The position numbers and the translations under genes were made by a program. 64,000 nucleotides of DNA from Escherichia coli (GTDB lineage: Bacteria > Pseudomonadota > Gammaproteobacteria > Enterobacterales > Enterobacteriaceae), in NCBI RefSeq assembly GCF_003018255.1, contig NZ_CP027440.1; one strand, given 5' to 3'. Every line of letters begins with the position of its first letter. Position 1 is the first letter of the stretch. Shown piece by piece: positions 11,061-27,756 of this stretch. The notes below the pieces were generated by a model that searched no databases, was not told the DNA's origin, and saw only the letters and a list, made by a program, of their open reading frames with translations.

Positions 11061-11148
11061 TGGCGGTGAGGGGGGGATTCGAACCCCCGATACGTTGCCG
11101 TATACACACTTTCCAGGCGTGCTCCTTCAGCCACTCGGACACCTCACC
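11061..11148 (-). tRNA. serX: tRNA-Ser (anticodon GGA), encoded CCA, long variable arm
   Basis: Reverse complement reads GGTGAGGTGTCCGAGTGGCTGAAGGAGCACGCCTGGAAAGTGTG...GGTTCGAATCCCCCCCTCACCGCCA; anticodon loop CUGGAAA gives anticodon GGA. Confidence 0.93.
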
Positions 11149-11182
11149 AAATTGTCGTTCCTGTCTTGCTGGAACGGGCGCT

Positions 11183-11211
11183 AATTTAGGGAAATCATGA
11201 CCTGAGGTCAA
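11183..11211 (-). promoter_or_regulatory. Putative sigma70 promoter of serX
   Basis: TTGACC - 17 nt - TAAATT on the minus strand, followed by a GC-rich discriminator, about 30 nt upstream of the mature tRNA 5' end. Confidence 0.5.
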
Positions 11212-11329
11212 CAAACTTTTTTAAAAAATCGCTCGATTATTCAAACTTCAATCAATATGCAGTTTTAATAAGCGAAATTTGCTTTTTTTGCCACCGACCA
11301 CGGATTTGTTATGCTGCTGGTCTTTGTAG

Positions 11330-12319
<990 letters not shown>

Positions 12320-12373
12320 TAAAGCATCAGGTTTCCTGCTATCCTTGGCGGGAATTGAATACAGGAGAGAGTT

Positions 12374-13111
12374 ATGTATCCCGTCGACCTTCATATGCAT
12401 ACCGTTGCCAGCACGCATGCATATAGCACATTGAGTGATTACATTGCCCAGGCCAAACAAAAGGGCATTAAACTTTTTGCGATCACCGATCATGGCCCGG
12501 ATATGGAAGATGCGCCGCATCACTGGCACTTCATTAACATGCGTATCTGGCCGCGAGTGGTTGATGGGGTTGGGATCCTGCGCGGCATCGAAGCTAACAT
12601 TAAAAATGTTGACGGTGAAATTGACTGCAGTGGCAAAATGTTTGATTCGCTGGATCTGATTATTGCCGGTTTTCATGAGCCGGTGTTTGCGCCGCATGAC
12701 AAAGCGACCAATACGCAAGCGATGATCGCCACTATCGCCAGCGGCAATGTGCATATAATAAGCCATCCCGGAAATCCGAAATATGAAATAGATGTTAAAG
12801 CCGTTGCTGAAGCAGCCGCGAAACATCAGGTGGCGCTGGAAATCAATAATTCCTCATTTTTACACTCACGTAAGGGCAGTGAAGACAACTGTCGGGCGGT
12901 AGCCGCAGCGGTACGTGACGCTGGAGGTTGGGTGGCATTAGGCTCGGATTCTCACACTGCGTTTACCATGGGGGAATTTGAAGAGTGTCTTAAAATCCTC
13001 GACGCGGTAGATTTTCCGCCAGAGCGCATTTTGAATGTTTCTCCGCGCCGCTTACTTAACTTCCTTGAATCTCGCGGTATGGCACCGATTGCGGAATTTG
13101 CAGACCTTTAA
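12374..13111 (+). CDS. ycdX: PHP-family metal-dependent phosphatase YcdX
   Basis: 245-aa ORF beginning [10 protein letters not shown] with His-rich PHP motifs. Confidence 0.93.
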
Positions 13112-13134
13112 TTACTAGTAATGGAAATATATTA

Positions 13135-13689
13135 ATGAATGAGTTTTCTATCCTCTGTCGTGTGCTGGGTTCGCTCTATTACCGCCAACCGCAAGATCCT
13201 TTACTGGTGCCGTTGTTTACCCTGATTCGTGAGGGGAAACTGGCTGCGAACTGGCCACTGGAGCAGGATGAGTTACTGACGCGTTTACAGAAAAGCTGTG
13301 ATATGACGCAAGTCTCTGCCGATTACAATGCGTTGTTTATCGGCGATGAATGTGCTGTGCCGCCATATCGTAGCGCATGGGTTGAGGGCGCAACGGAAGC
13401 GGAAGTGCGCGCTTTTCTTTCCGAACGAGGGATGCCACTAGCGGATACGCCAGCCGATCACATCGGCACATTGCTGCTTGCGGCTTCCTGGCTGGAAGAT
13501 CAGTCAACGGAAGATGAGAGCGAAGCACTGGAAACACTGTTCAGTGAGTATCTGTTACCCTGGTGTGGTGCGTTCCTTGGCAAAGTGGAGGCCCATGCAA
13601 CTACGCCTTTCTGGCGCACCATGGCACCGCTAACCCGCGATGCTATTAATGCAATGTGGGACGAGCTGGAAGAAGATTCTGAAGAGTAA
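13135..13689 (+). CDS. ycdY: TorD-family chaperone YcdY
   Basis: 184-aa ORF immediately downstream of ycdX; matches YcdY. Confidence 0.9.
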   Translation: MNEFSILCRVLGSLYYRQPQDPLLVPLFTLIREGKLAANWPLEQDELLTRLQKSCDMTQVSADYNALFIGDECAVPPYRSAWVEGATEAEVRAFLSERGMPLADTPADHIGTLLLAASWLEDQSTEDESEALETLFSEYLLPWCGAFLGKVEAHATTPFWRTMAPLTRDAINAMWDELEEDSEE

Positions 13690-13790
13690 ATGTGATCTGC
13701 ATCACTCATAACTGCAACGGGTAATTTGTTGTTGCATAAAATGTGTGCTCGATCTCATTCATGGCCGCGTTTTCTGCTATCATGCGCGGC

Positions 13791-14282
13791 ATGAACATAC
13801 TTCTCTCTATTGCAATCACAACAGGCATTCTCTCCGGTATCTGGGGATGGGTGGCTGTTTCCCTGGGCTTACTAAGCTGGGCGGGCTTCCTGGGCTGTAC
13901 GGCCTACTTTGCCTGCCCACAAGGTGGGCTGAAAGGGCTGGCGATCTCCGCTGCAACCCTGCTTAGTGGCGTGGTGTGGGCGATGGTCATTATTTACGGT
14001 AGTGCACTGGCACCACATCTGGAAATACTCGGTTATGCCATAACCGGTATTGTCGCGTTTCTGATGTGTATCCAGGCCAAACAGCTGCTGCTTTCATTTG
14101 TTCCGGGGACGTTTATAGGCGCATGCGCGACGTTTGCCGGGCAGGGTGACTGGAAACTGGTGTTACCTTCGCTGGCGCTTGGACTGGTATTTGGTTACGC
14201 AATGAAAAACAGCGGCCTGTGGTTGGCGGCGCGTAGTGCAAAGACGGCTCACCGTGAGCAGCAAATCAAAAATAAAGCGTGA
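13791..14282 (+). CDS. ycdZ: Inner membrane protein YcdZ (DUF1097)
   Basis: Hydrophobic 163-aa product from ATG 13791 (MNILLSIAITTG...); the ORF track begins 16 codons upstream. Confidence 0.85.
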   Translation: MNILLSIAITTGILSGIWGWVAVSLGLLSWAGFLGCTAYFACPQGGLKGLAISAATLLSGVVWAMVIIYGSALAPHLEILGYAITGIVAFLMCIQAKQLLLSFVPGTFIGACATFAGQGDWKLVLPSLALGLVFGYAMKNSGLWLAARSAKTAHREQQIKNKA

Positions 14283-14345
14283 GGGGCACTCACGCTTTCG
14301 CTTAAACCGTAAAATGTCGGATGATAATTCCGGCATTTTTATCTA

Positions 14346-15179
14346 TCAGGATTCCGGTGGAACCGACATATGGCGGTATTTCACTAGAATGTCATTCTGC
14401 CGTTCTGCTTTATTTTGCAAATCCCAAAGACCGCGGTCGATACCATCATTAATCAGGAAAATGACGCCTGTTTCGATAGCCGACATCAGGCACAGCATAA
14501 CGGGTTCGTTCGAGGTGTAACCTACTTCCCCTTCCAGCAAGCGCTGGTAGTCAATAAAGCGGAAGACCCCCGCCTGAACTTCATAGGAAAGTATCGTCTT
14601 ACTGGTGTTCACCGAGGAGAGGATCTCGCCGGTACTCACATTGACGACGCGCAGGTTCACGGCAATCTGATCAAGCTGGTATTGCGTGTCTGCACCGATC
14701 CCAAAATATCTTGCCCCAACCCCGCCCGATTTAACGTTGCTTTCATAACCGATAATTGAACCTTCAACCATGATATTTGCCGCCGTTAAAGATTGCAGCG
14801 GGATTCGGTTATTAATGGCAACCGTGCCGTTTTCTTGTGCCGCACGAATAATCTTGCGCTCGTTAAGCAGGTTTTGTAAGCCTTGGCGCTCCAGCGGTAT
14901 AAACCAGCGAGAATCTTTCAATGCCGTGACCAGCATTGCCGTGGCGCTTTGCGGAACAGCAGTGGAGAAGTTACTTGCCGGGTAGGGTTTAAATTGCCCG
15001 GTTTCGTCCTGAATGTTGTATACCGAAACAAAGATCTTACCCGTCGGCGCTGGCAGATGGGTCAAATCTTTGTAGCTCTGAGCACGAGGCATTAATGTCG
15101 GTCTGGCGGCTTCTTTAGGCGGGGCGGTTAAGCATCCGCTCAGTAACATGACGGCAACCAAAAGAAATAAGCGCTGCAT
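14346..15179 (-). CDS. csgG: Curli secretion channel lipoprotein CsgG
   Basis: 277-aa ORF with lipoprotein signal (LLSGC); matches CsgG. Confidence 0.95.
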   Translation of the reverse strand: MQRLFLLVAVMLLSGCLTAPPKEAARPTLMPRAQSYKDLTHLPAPTGKIFVSVYNIQDETGQFKPYPASNFSTAVPQSATAMLVTALKDSRWFIPLERQGLQNLLNERKIIRAAQENGTVAINNRIPLQSLTAANIMVEGSIIGYESNVKSGGVGARYFGIGADTQYQLDQIAVNLRVVNVSTGEILSSVNTSKTILSYEVQAGVFRFIDYQRLLEGEVGYTSNEPVMLCLMSAIETGVIFLINDGIDRGLWDLQNKAERQNDILVKYRHMSVPPES

Positions 15180-15205
15180 GATTATTTTCCTTATGAAGCT
15201 GGGGC

Positions 15206-15622
15206 TTAAAAATCGGTTGAGTTATTTTGTAAACCCGAAACCTGGATGGTCGAGGTTTGTCCGGTTTTACGATCTGTCACGTTCAACTGCAATTGACCAT
15301 CGCGGTTAGCAATATCAACAATATAATCGTTGGTCACCATGCGGCCCGGTTTACCGGTATTAATATTCGACAGTAGCCCACCCAAAATTTGTGACTGGAT
15401 GGCCTGAGTAAAGTTATCTAACGCCGAGGGCGTTTCAATACCAAAGTCATCGTTATAGCTCGGATCTTTATAAGAGTTTTGGGCCTGAGCGCTATTTAAC
15501 AAAAAAGCGCCATTATTTGGGTTACCACCAAAGTTTGGATTACGGAACTGGAAAGTCATGGTTCCAGCCCAACTTAATGGCGAAATAAGCATGAGTAGAA
15601 CTACTGCATGTTTGACACGCAT
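15206..15622 (-). CDS. csgF: Curli assembly protein CsgF
   Basis: 138-aa secreted protein in the csgDEFG operon. Confidence 0.93.
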
Positions 15623-15646
15623 TGCAGCCTCCGAACAATTTATTAT

Positions 15647-16036
15647 TTAAAATTCATCATGCGCCAAATCGCCCGTACTTAATAACGCTTGGTTTATCTG
15701 GCGACGATTTAGTGCTTCTTCAGTTTGAATCAGTGCAAAGACGACAGTTTTCTCGAAGTCTCTTTTCAACGGAAATAAAAAAGTCTGGAAAATAACGTCC
15801 TGATTCACCGTTATTGTGATCCAGCTTCCCCATCGTGCACTGGGCCTTTCATTAATCGTTAAGTTACCCGTATAGTCACTTTCCCATTTATCACTAAAGG
15901 CTCGGTAAAAATCATGGCCAATAGATGAAACAGTATGGTCAGTTAACAATCCCGGGACTTCTACCTCAACGGCGTGAAGATTCCCTGCGGCGAACAGAAA
16001 TTCTGCCGCCACAATCCAGCGTAAATAACGTTTCAT
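15647..16036 (-). CDS. csgE: Curli secretion specificity factor CsgE
   Basis: 129-aa ORF between csgD and csgF. Confidence 0.93.
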
Positions 16037-16040
16037 GGCT

Positions 16041-16691
<651 letters not shown>

Positions 16692-17444
16692 GATGAAACC
16701 CCGCTTTTTTTATTGATCGCACACCTGACAGCTGCCTCTAAAATAGAAGCACCAGAAGTACTGACAGATGTTGCACTGCTGTGTGTAGTAATAAATCAGC
16801 CCTAAATGGGTAAAATATAAAACTAATGGATTACATCTGATTTCAATCTAGCCATTACAAATCTTAAATCAAGTGTTAAACATGTAACTAAATGTAACTC
16901 GTTATATTAAAATGTTAATCTTAAGGTTTTATTAAGTTTAGAAATGATAGAAAAGTTGTACATTTGGTTTTTATTGCACAATTTTAAAAAATCATACAAA
17001 TGGTGCTAACTTACTAATAATGCATATAAAAAATATTTCGGTGTAGTCCTTTCGTCATGTAAAACGTTCTTGTTTTTTCTCCACACCTCCGTGGACAATT
17101 TTTTACTGCAAAAAGACGAGGTTTGTCACGGCTTGTGCGCAAGACATATCGCAGCAATCAGCGACGGGCAAGAAGAATGATTGTCTGGTGATTTTTGATA
17201 GCGGAAAACGGAGATTTAAAAGAAAACAAAATATTTTTTGCGTAGATAACAGCGTATTTACGTGAGTTTTAATACTTTGGTATGAACAAAAAAAGAAAAA
17301 TACAACGCGCGGGTGAGTTATTAAAAATATTTCCGCAGACATACTTTCCATCGTAACGCAGCGTTAACAAAATACAGGTTGCGTTAACAACCAAGTTGAA
17401 ATGATTTAATTTCTTAAATGTACGACCAGGTCCAGGGTGACAAC
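16692..17444. promoter_or_regulatory. csgD-csgB divergent intergenic control region (csgDEFG and csgBAC promoters, csgD 5' UTR)
   Basis: About 750 bp AT-rich non-coding DNA between divergent csgD and csgB; well known as a multi-regulator hub. Confidence 0.6.
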
Positions 17445-17900
17445 ATGAAAAACAAATTGTTATTTATGATGTTAACAATACTGGGTGCGCCTGGGATTGC
17501 AGCCGCAGCAGGTTATGATTTAGCTAATTCAGAATATAACTTCGCGGTAAATGAATTGAGTAAGTCTTCATTTAATCAGGCAGCCATAATTGGTCAAGCT
17601 GGGACTAATAATAGTGCTCAGTTACGGCAGGGAGGCTCAAAACTTTTGGCGGTTGTTGCGCAAGAAGGTAGTAGCAACCGGGCAAAGATTGACCAGACAG
17701 GAGATTATAACCTTGCATATATTGATCAGGCGGGCAGTGCCAACGATGCCAGTATTTCGCAAGGTGCTTATGGTAATACTGCGATGATTATCCAGAAAGG
17801 TTCTGGTAATAAAGCAAATATTACACAGTATGGTACTCAAAAAACGGCAATTGTAGTGCAGAGACAGTCGCAAATGGCTATTCGCGTGACACAACGTTAA
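17445..17900 (+). CDS. csgB: Minor curlin subunit (nucleator) CsgB
   Basis: 151-aa product from ATG 17445 (MKNKLLFMMLTILG...) with signal peptide and curlin repeats. Confidence 0.93.
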   Translation: MKNKLLFMMLTILGAPGIAAAAGYDLANSEYNFAVNELSKSSFNQAAIIGQAGTNNSAQLRQGGSKLLAVVAQEGSSNRAKIDQTGDYNLAYIDQAGSANDASISQGAYGNTAMIIQKGSGNKANITQYGTQKTAIVVQRQSQMAIRVTQR

Positions 17901-17940
17901 TTTCCATTCGACTTTTAAATCAATCCGATGGGGGTTTTAC

Positions 17941-18396
17941 ATGAAACTTTTAAAAGTAGCAGCAATTGCAGCAATCGTATTCTCTGGTAGCGCTCTGGCA
18001 GGTGTTGTTCCTCAGTACGGCGGCGGCGGTAACCACGGTGGTGGCGGTAATAATAGCGGCCCAAATTCAGAGCTGAACATTTACCAGTACGGTGGCGGTA
18101 ACTCTGCTCTTGCTCTGCAAGCTGACGCCCGTAACTCTGATCTGACCATTACCCAGCACGGCGGCGGTAACGGCGCAGATGTTGGCCAAGGTTCTGATGA
18201 CAGCTCAATCGATCTGACTCAGCGTGGTTTCGGCAACAGCGCTACTCTTGATCAGTGGAATGGTAAAGATTCTACTATGACTGTTAAACAGTTCGGTGGT
18301 GGTAACGGTGCTGCTGTTGACCAGACTGCATCTAACTCCAGCGTCAACGTCACTCAGGTTGGCTTTGGTAACAACGCGACCGCTCATCAGTACTAA
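17941..18396 (+). CDS. csgA: Major curlin subunit CsgA
   Basis: 151-aa ORF with signal peptide and five Ser-X5-Gln-X-Gly-X-Gly-Asn repeats. Confidence 0.95.
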   Translation: MKLLKVAAIAAIVFSGSALAGVVPQYGGGGNHGGGGNNSGPNSELNIYQYGGGNSALALQADARNSDLTITQHGGGNGADVGQGSDDSSIDLTQRGFGNSATLDQWNGKDSTMTVKQFGGGNGAAVDQTASNSSVNVTQVGFGNNATAHQY

Positions 18397-18413
18397 TACA
18401 TCCTCTGTATTAA

Positions 18414-18442
18414 AGAAACAGGGCGCAAGCCCTGTTTTTTTT
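18414..18442 (+). terminator. Intrinsic terminator after csgA
   Basis: AAACAGGGCGCAAGCCCTGTTTTTTTT: perfect hairpin plus T-run. Confidence 0.6.
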
Positions 18443-18454
18443 CGGGAGAAGAAT

Positions 18455-18838
<384 letters not shown>

Positions 18839-18839
18839 G

Positions 18840-19219
<380 letters not shown>

Positions 19220-19313
19220 GTTTCTGAACAACTCACGTTGCTGAGCAGAAAAATGCGATTTAACCAAAAAGCCTGCTGTACACTTAAGAAACAAGAAGGT
19301 GTAAGGAGGCGTT

Positions 19314-19847
19314 ATGAAAACGCGTATTCATGTTGTGCAGGGTGATATTACCAAACTGGCCGTTGATGTGATTGTGAATGCGGCTAATCCGTCATTAATG
19401 GGAGGCGGCGGCGTCGATGGGGCCATTCATCGCGCAGCGGGTCCGGCCCTGCTGGATGCCTGTTTAAAAGTCAGGCAGCAGCAGGGCGATTGCCCTACGG
19501 GGCATGCCGTTATTACGCTTGCAGGCGATCTTCCCGCGAAAGCCGTAGTGCACACCGTCGGGCCAGTCTGGCGTGGTGGTGAACAAAACGAAGACCAGCT
19601 TTTGCAGGATGCCTATCTCAATAGCCTGCGACTGGTGGCAGCAAACAGCTATACGTCAGTGGCTTTTCCTGCAATCAGTACTGGAGTTTATGGTTACCCT
19701 CGTGCGGCAGCGGCTGAAATCGCAGTAAAAACCGTTTCAGAATTTATTACCCGTCACGCTTTACCCGAACAGGTATACTTTGTCTGTTATGATGAAGAAA
19801 ACGCCCACCTCTACGAAAGACTCCTTACTCAACAAGGAGATGAATGA
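19314..19847 (+). CDS. ymdB: Macrodomain protein YmdB (O-acetyl-ADP-ribose deacetylase)
   Basis: 177-aa ORF with macro-domain motifs ([24 protein letters not shown]). Confidence 0.93.
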
Positions 19848-19848
19848 T

Positions 19849-21270
19849 TTGCCCCGGCTGGCGAGTGCGGTGCTGCCACTGTGTTCGCAACATCCCGGTC
19901 AGTGTGGCATTTTTCCTCTGGAGAAAAGTCTGGATGCGTTTGCCGCCCGGTATCGTCTGGCCGAAATGGCAGAGCATACGCTGGATGTTCAGTATTACAT
20001 CTGGCAGGACGATATGTCGGGTCGGTTACTCTTTTCCGCCCTGTTAGCCGCAGCAAAGCGTGGCGTTCGCGTCCGTTTGTTGCTGGACGACAACAATACG
20101 CCCGGACTTGACGACATTTTACGCTTGCTTGACAGTCATCCCCGCATTGAAGTCCGGCTTTTTAATCCTTTCTCGTTTCGCTTGCTACGTCCGCTTGGTT
20201 ATATCACCGACTTTTCCCGTCTCAATCGCCGTATGCACAATAAAAGTTTCACTGTCGATGGCGTGGTGACGCTGGTAGGGGGGCGAAATATTGGTGATGC
20301 CTATTTTGGGGCAGGGGAAGAGCCACTTTTTTCGGATTTAGATGTCATGGCAATAGGACCAGTTGTAGAGGACGTTGCCGATGATTTCGCCCGCTACTGG
20401 TATTGCAAATCGGTTTCACCCCTACAGCAGGTGCTGGATGTCCCGGAAGGTGAAATGGCGGATCGCATCGAGTTACCAGCATCCTGGCACAACGATGCCA
20501 TGACGCATCGTTATTTACGCAAAATGGAATCCAGCCCGTTTATAAATCATCTGGTTGATGGAACGTTGCCGCTTATCTGGGCGAAAACACGTTTATTAAG
20601 TGATGATCCGGCGAAAGGGGAAGGCAAGGCAAAACGGCATTCACTGTTACCGCAGCGCCTGTTCGATATCATGGGCTCACCCAGTGAACGCATCGATATT
20701 ATCTCTTCCTATTTTGTACCGACACGCGCAGGTGTGGCGCAACTCTTACGGATGGTGAGAAAAGGGGTAAAGATTGCGATCCTAACCAATTCTCTTGCCG
20801 CTAACGATGTTGCTGTCGTCCATGCCGGATACGCGCGCTGGCGCAAAAAATTGCTCCGCTATGGCGTGGAATTATATGAACTCAAGCCGACGCGTGAACA
20901 AAGTAGTACGTTACACGATCGCGGCATAACCGGTAATTCCGGTGCCAGCTTGCATGCTAAAACCTTTAGCATCGATGGTAAAACGGTGTTTATCGGCTCT
21001 TTCAATTTCGATCCGCGTTCAACATTGCTCAATACTGAAATGGGCTTCGTGATAGAGAGCGAAACGCTGGCACAGTTAATTGATAAACGCTTTATTCAGA
21101 GCCAGTATGATGCGGCCTGGCAGCTCCGTCTGGACAGGTGGGGACGGATCAACTGGGTTGATCGTCATGCAAAGAAAGAGATTATTCTCAAAAAAGAACC
21201 CGCCACCAGTTTCTGGAAGCGGGTTATGGTCAGACTGGCGTCGATATTGCCCGTGGAATGGTTATTATAA
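19849..21270 (+). CDS. clsC: Cardiolipin synthase C (phospholipase D family, two HKD motifs)
   Basis: Two HxKxxxxD motifs (HNKSFTVDG, HAKTFSIDG). Start placed at TTG 19849, 9 nt after AAGGAG, giving 473 aa; the in-frame ATG at 19840 overlaps the ymdB stop. Confidence 0.88.
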   Translation: MPRLASAVLPLCSQHPGQCGIFPLEKSLDAFAARYRLAEMAEHTLDVQYYIWQDDMSGRLLFSALLAAAKRGVRVRLLLDDNNTPGLDDILRLLDSHPRIEVRLFNPFSFRLLRPLGYITDFSRLNRRMHNKSFTVDGVVTLVGGRNIGDAYFGAGEEPLFSDLDVMAIGPVVEDVADDFARYWYCKSVSPLQQVLDVPEGEMADRIELPASWHNDAMTHRYLRKMESSPFINHLVDGTLPLIWAKTRLLSDDPAKGEGKAKRHSLLPQRLFDIMGSPSERIDIISSYFVPTRAGVAQLLRMVRKGVKIAILTNSLAANDVAVVHAGYARWRKKLLRYGVELYELKPTREQSSTLHDRGITGNSGASLHAKTFSIDGKTVFIGSFNFDPRSTLLNTEMGFVIESETLAQLIDKRFIQSQYDAAWQLRLDRWGRINWVDRHAKKEIILKKEPATSFWKRVMVRLASILPVEWLL

Positions 21271-21277
21271 GCGTGGC

Positions 21278-22435
21278 TTAACGGGCTGGTGCTTTATCGT
21301 TCTCACGCTTGACAACCGGTTTACCAGAGAACAAAAACTTCAGTAACGGGATGCGTAAATGAATTTCATACAGAATTATCGCAATCCCTACTACGAATAT
21401 CAGGCCACAGAGAAAACCAAGCCAGTTGGAGGTGATGTGCGGTGTAATGTATGCGCCGAAAAACAGCGTTAACGGGTGGTGAACCAGATAGATAAACAGC
21501 GATGCGTTAACAAAATAAGTCACCCGCGCTGACTGGAAGTTAAGCAAACGGTGGCCAAAGGAGAAGACCACATTCACCATCCACAGACCGAGGACCATGG
21601 TGATCACCGACTCGGTTTCGTACATCCAGGCATCGCCACTGCCATAGCGCTGGTTGAGTAAATAAGCGACAAATGCCAATGCTGCTGCAAGGGTACAGCC
21701 ACGAGACGGCGTGGTAAACAAGGCTTTAAGATGAGGGAAAATGAAAGCCAGTGCGCCGAGGATAAAGAACGGCAAATAAAATAGCGTTTGCATGACAATA
21801 AAATTGAACATGCCATTACTCAGAATGGGCGGATACACAATAAAAATCGTTCTTCTTATTACCGCATAACCGATGCCGAGGCACAAAAAAATCACCGATA
21901 GTTTTACCATCGAGAATTTTTTATTCGTTTTATCAGAATTTTCTAAATTATTTCTGATGCGTTTAAATATCCATACGCACAGCGTCGTCATGACTACTAA
22001 CACCAGTAAAAACCACAGGTGTGATATTAATTCCCAGGCCAACGTATTATATTTGTCATACAATGATAGCCCAGGCCAACTTTCCGCTTTCCCTTTGACG
22101 TATTGCAGCATAATAAATTGCGGTAATGTCAGTAGGGGGATGGCTGTTAACATCGGGATACCTACACGTTCGACACGTACTTTCCACCATTTTTTCAAGG
22201 GATAGCGTAAAAAAAGCATGTAGGAAAAGTACCCGGATATAACGAAAAATACCTGCATGCGGAACGAGTGGATGAAGTCATTAAAAAGGGTCAGCCACAA
22301 TGACGGTTCGGCGCTATTCACATGCCATGTATGGCTCGAATAGATTAAAGAAATATGAAAAGGGATCCCTAACAACATCAGCCAGGCGCGGATGGAGTCG
22401 AGGAAATATTCACGTTGCGCGGGTACTGGATTCAT
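21278..22435 (-). CDS. opgC: Osmoregulated periplasmic glucan succinyltransferase OpgC (acyltransferase-3 family membrane protein)
   Basis: 385-aa polytopic membrane protein convergent with clsC; matches OpgC/MdoC. Confidence 0.92.
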   Translation of the reverse strand: MNPVPAQREYFLDSIRAWLMLLGIPFHISLIYSSHTWHVNSAEPSLWLTLFNDFIHSFRMQVFFVISGYFSYMLFLRYPLKKWWKVRVERVGIPMLTAIPLLTLPQFIMLQYVKGKAESWPGLSLYDKYNTLAWELISHLWFLLVLVVMTTLCVWIFKRIRNNLENSDKTNKKFSMVKLSVIFLCLGIGYAVIRRTIFIVYPPILSNGMFNFIVMQTLFYLPFFILGALAFIFPHLKALFTTPSRGCTLAAALAFVAYLLNQRYGSGDAWMYETESVITMVLGLWMVNVVFSFGHRLLNFQSARVTYFVNASLFIYLVHHPLTLFFGAYITPHITSNWLGFLCGLIFVVGIAIILYEIHLRIPLLKFLFSGKPVVKRENDKAPAR

Positions 22436-22717
22436 ATATGGTTAACTAATCTCGGATTTTTCGTCTTATCCCTGTCGGGTTATGCCTTTAGGCTTGTTGC
22501 CATAGCGACACCGACCTGACCGCGCCAGGCGCAGGCTTCAAGGTTTTTATGCATAGCATCATCGCTACCACTAACCAGAATGGAAGCGTCTGTAAGACGG
22601 TTGATAAATAAATTTGCTGGCAAACCCTACACGAAGTCGATGCTTCTGTCTTTAGGAGAAGCACGGAAAGTGAAAACGGTTGCAATCAGGTGCTTAATCC
22701 ATGAGCCAGCGTGCTGA

Positions 22718-26900
<4,183 letters not shown>

Positions 26901-26907
26901 AAACGTA

Positions 26908-27010
26908 GTTGCCTGATGCGCTACGCTTATCAGGCCTACATCGTTCCTGCAATTTATTGATTTTGCAAGATTTTGTAGGTCGGGTAAAGCGTTCACGCCG
27001 CATCCGGCAA
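26908..27010. repeat. REP/BIME element pair
   Basis: Two inverted REP units (GCCTGATGCGCTACGCTTATCAGGCC and GTAGGTCGGGTAAAGCGTTCACGCCGCATCCGGC) downstream of opgH. Confidence 0.7.
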
Positions 27011-27023
27011 AAACAACGAGCCA

Positions 27024-27058
27024 ATAAAAATACCGGCGTTATGCCGGTATTTTTTACG
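27024..27058 (+). terminator. Intrinsic terminator downstream of opgH
   Basis: TACCGGCGTTATGCCGGTATTTTTTA: hairpin plus T-run. Confidence 0.5.
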
Positions 27059-27071
27059 GAAGAGGTATCAA

Positions 27072-27299
27072 ATGCGTTTAATTGTGATGAGCATAATGGT
27101 GACCTTGCTGAGTGGCTGTGGCAGCATCATTAGTCGCACTATACCGGGGCAGGGGCATGGCAACCAATATTATCCCGGTGTGCAATGGGACGTGCGTGAC
27201 TCCGCCTGGCGTTACGTCACGATCCTTGATCTGCCATTCTCCCTGGTTTTCGATACTTTACTGCTGCCGATCGACATTCATCATGGCCCGTATGAGTGA
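27072..27299 (+). CDS. yceK: Lipoprotein YceK
   Basis: 75-aa ORF with lipobox (LLSGC). Confidence 0.85.
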   Translation: MRLIVMSIMVTLLSGCGSIISRTIPGQGHGNQYYPGVQWDVRDSAWRYVTILDLPFSLVFDTLLLPIDIHHGPYE

Positions 27300-27674
27300 T
27301 TAACGTTCATCCCACTCATCAGCTGCTGCGCGTCCTTCCTCGGTATCCAGCGGTGGCTCAAGCTGAAATTCCCCCTCGTCCCATTCATGTAATGTATTCT
27401 CTTCCTGCCACTCCTGGCGGATCTCTATCTCATCATAGTCGCCATCAAAAACACTTTGCGCGGCTTCACCGCTAAGCATAGGTAAACATTCACCTTCTTC
27501 CCCTTCGTCGGCAAAAAACTCAACTTGCCACATGATGTCGCCGTCCTGCAAAACGTATTTTTGGGCATTGAACTGTTGCACATTCGCATTTTCGGCGTCG
27601 ATGCCGGGGTTGTCTGCAAGAAATTCTTCGCGTGCAGCGTCAATGGCTTCTTCAAGCGTTGCGTACATGGTCAT
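27300..27674 (-). CDS. msyB: Acidic protein MsyB
   Basis: 124-aa highly acidic product from ATG (MTMYATLEEAIDAAR...). Confidence 0.9.
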   Translation of the reverse strand: MTMYATLEEAIDAAREEFLADNPGIDAENANVQQFNAQKYVLQDGDIMWQVEFFADEGEEGECLPMLSGEAAQSVFDGDYDEIEIRQEWQEENTLHEWDEGEFQLEPPLDTEEGRAAADEWDER

Positions 27675-27756
27675 CACGATTCTCCCTTTGAGTTGATGAG
27701 GTTTCAGGGAAAAGGATAGCTGATTCTCCGCTTTTGCAAGTATGAAAGGCGAAAAA

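Noticed and set aside
10936-11214. Three overlapping small ORFs (10936..11214 minus, 10948..11184 and 10955..11200 plus)
   Set aside because: They overlap the serX tRNA gene and its promoter and terminator; the tRNA explains the locus.
22488-22685. 65-aa minus-strand ORF in the opgC-opgG divergent region
   Set aside because: No ribosome-binding site or recognisable domain; lies in a promoter region, so likely chance.
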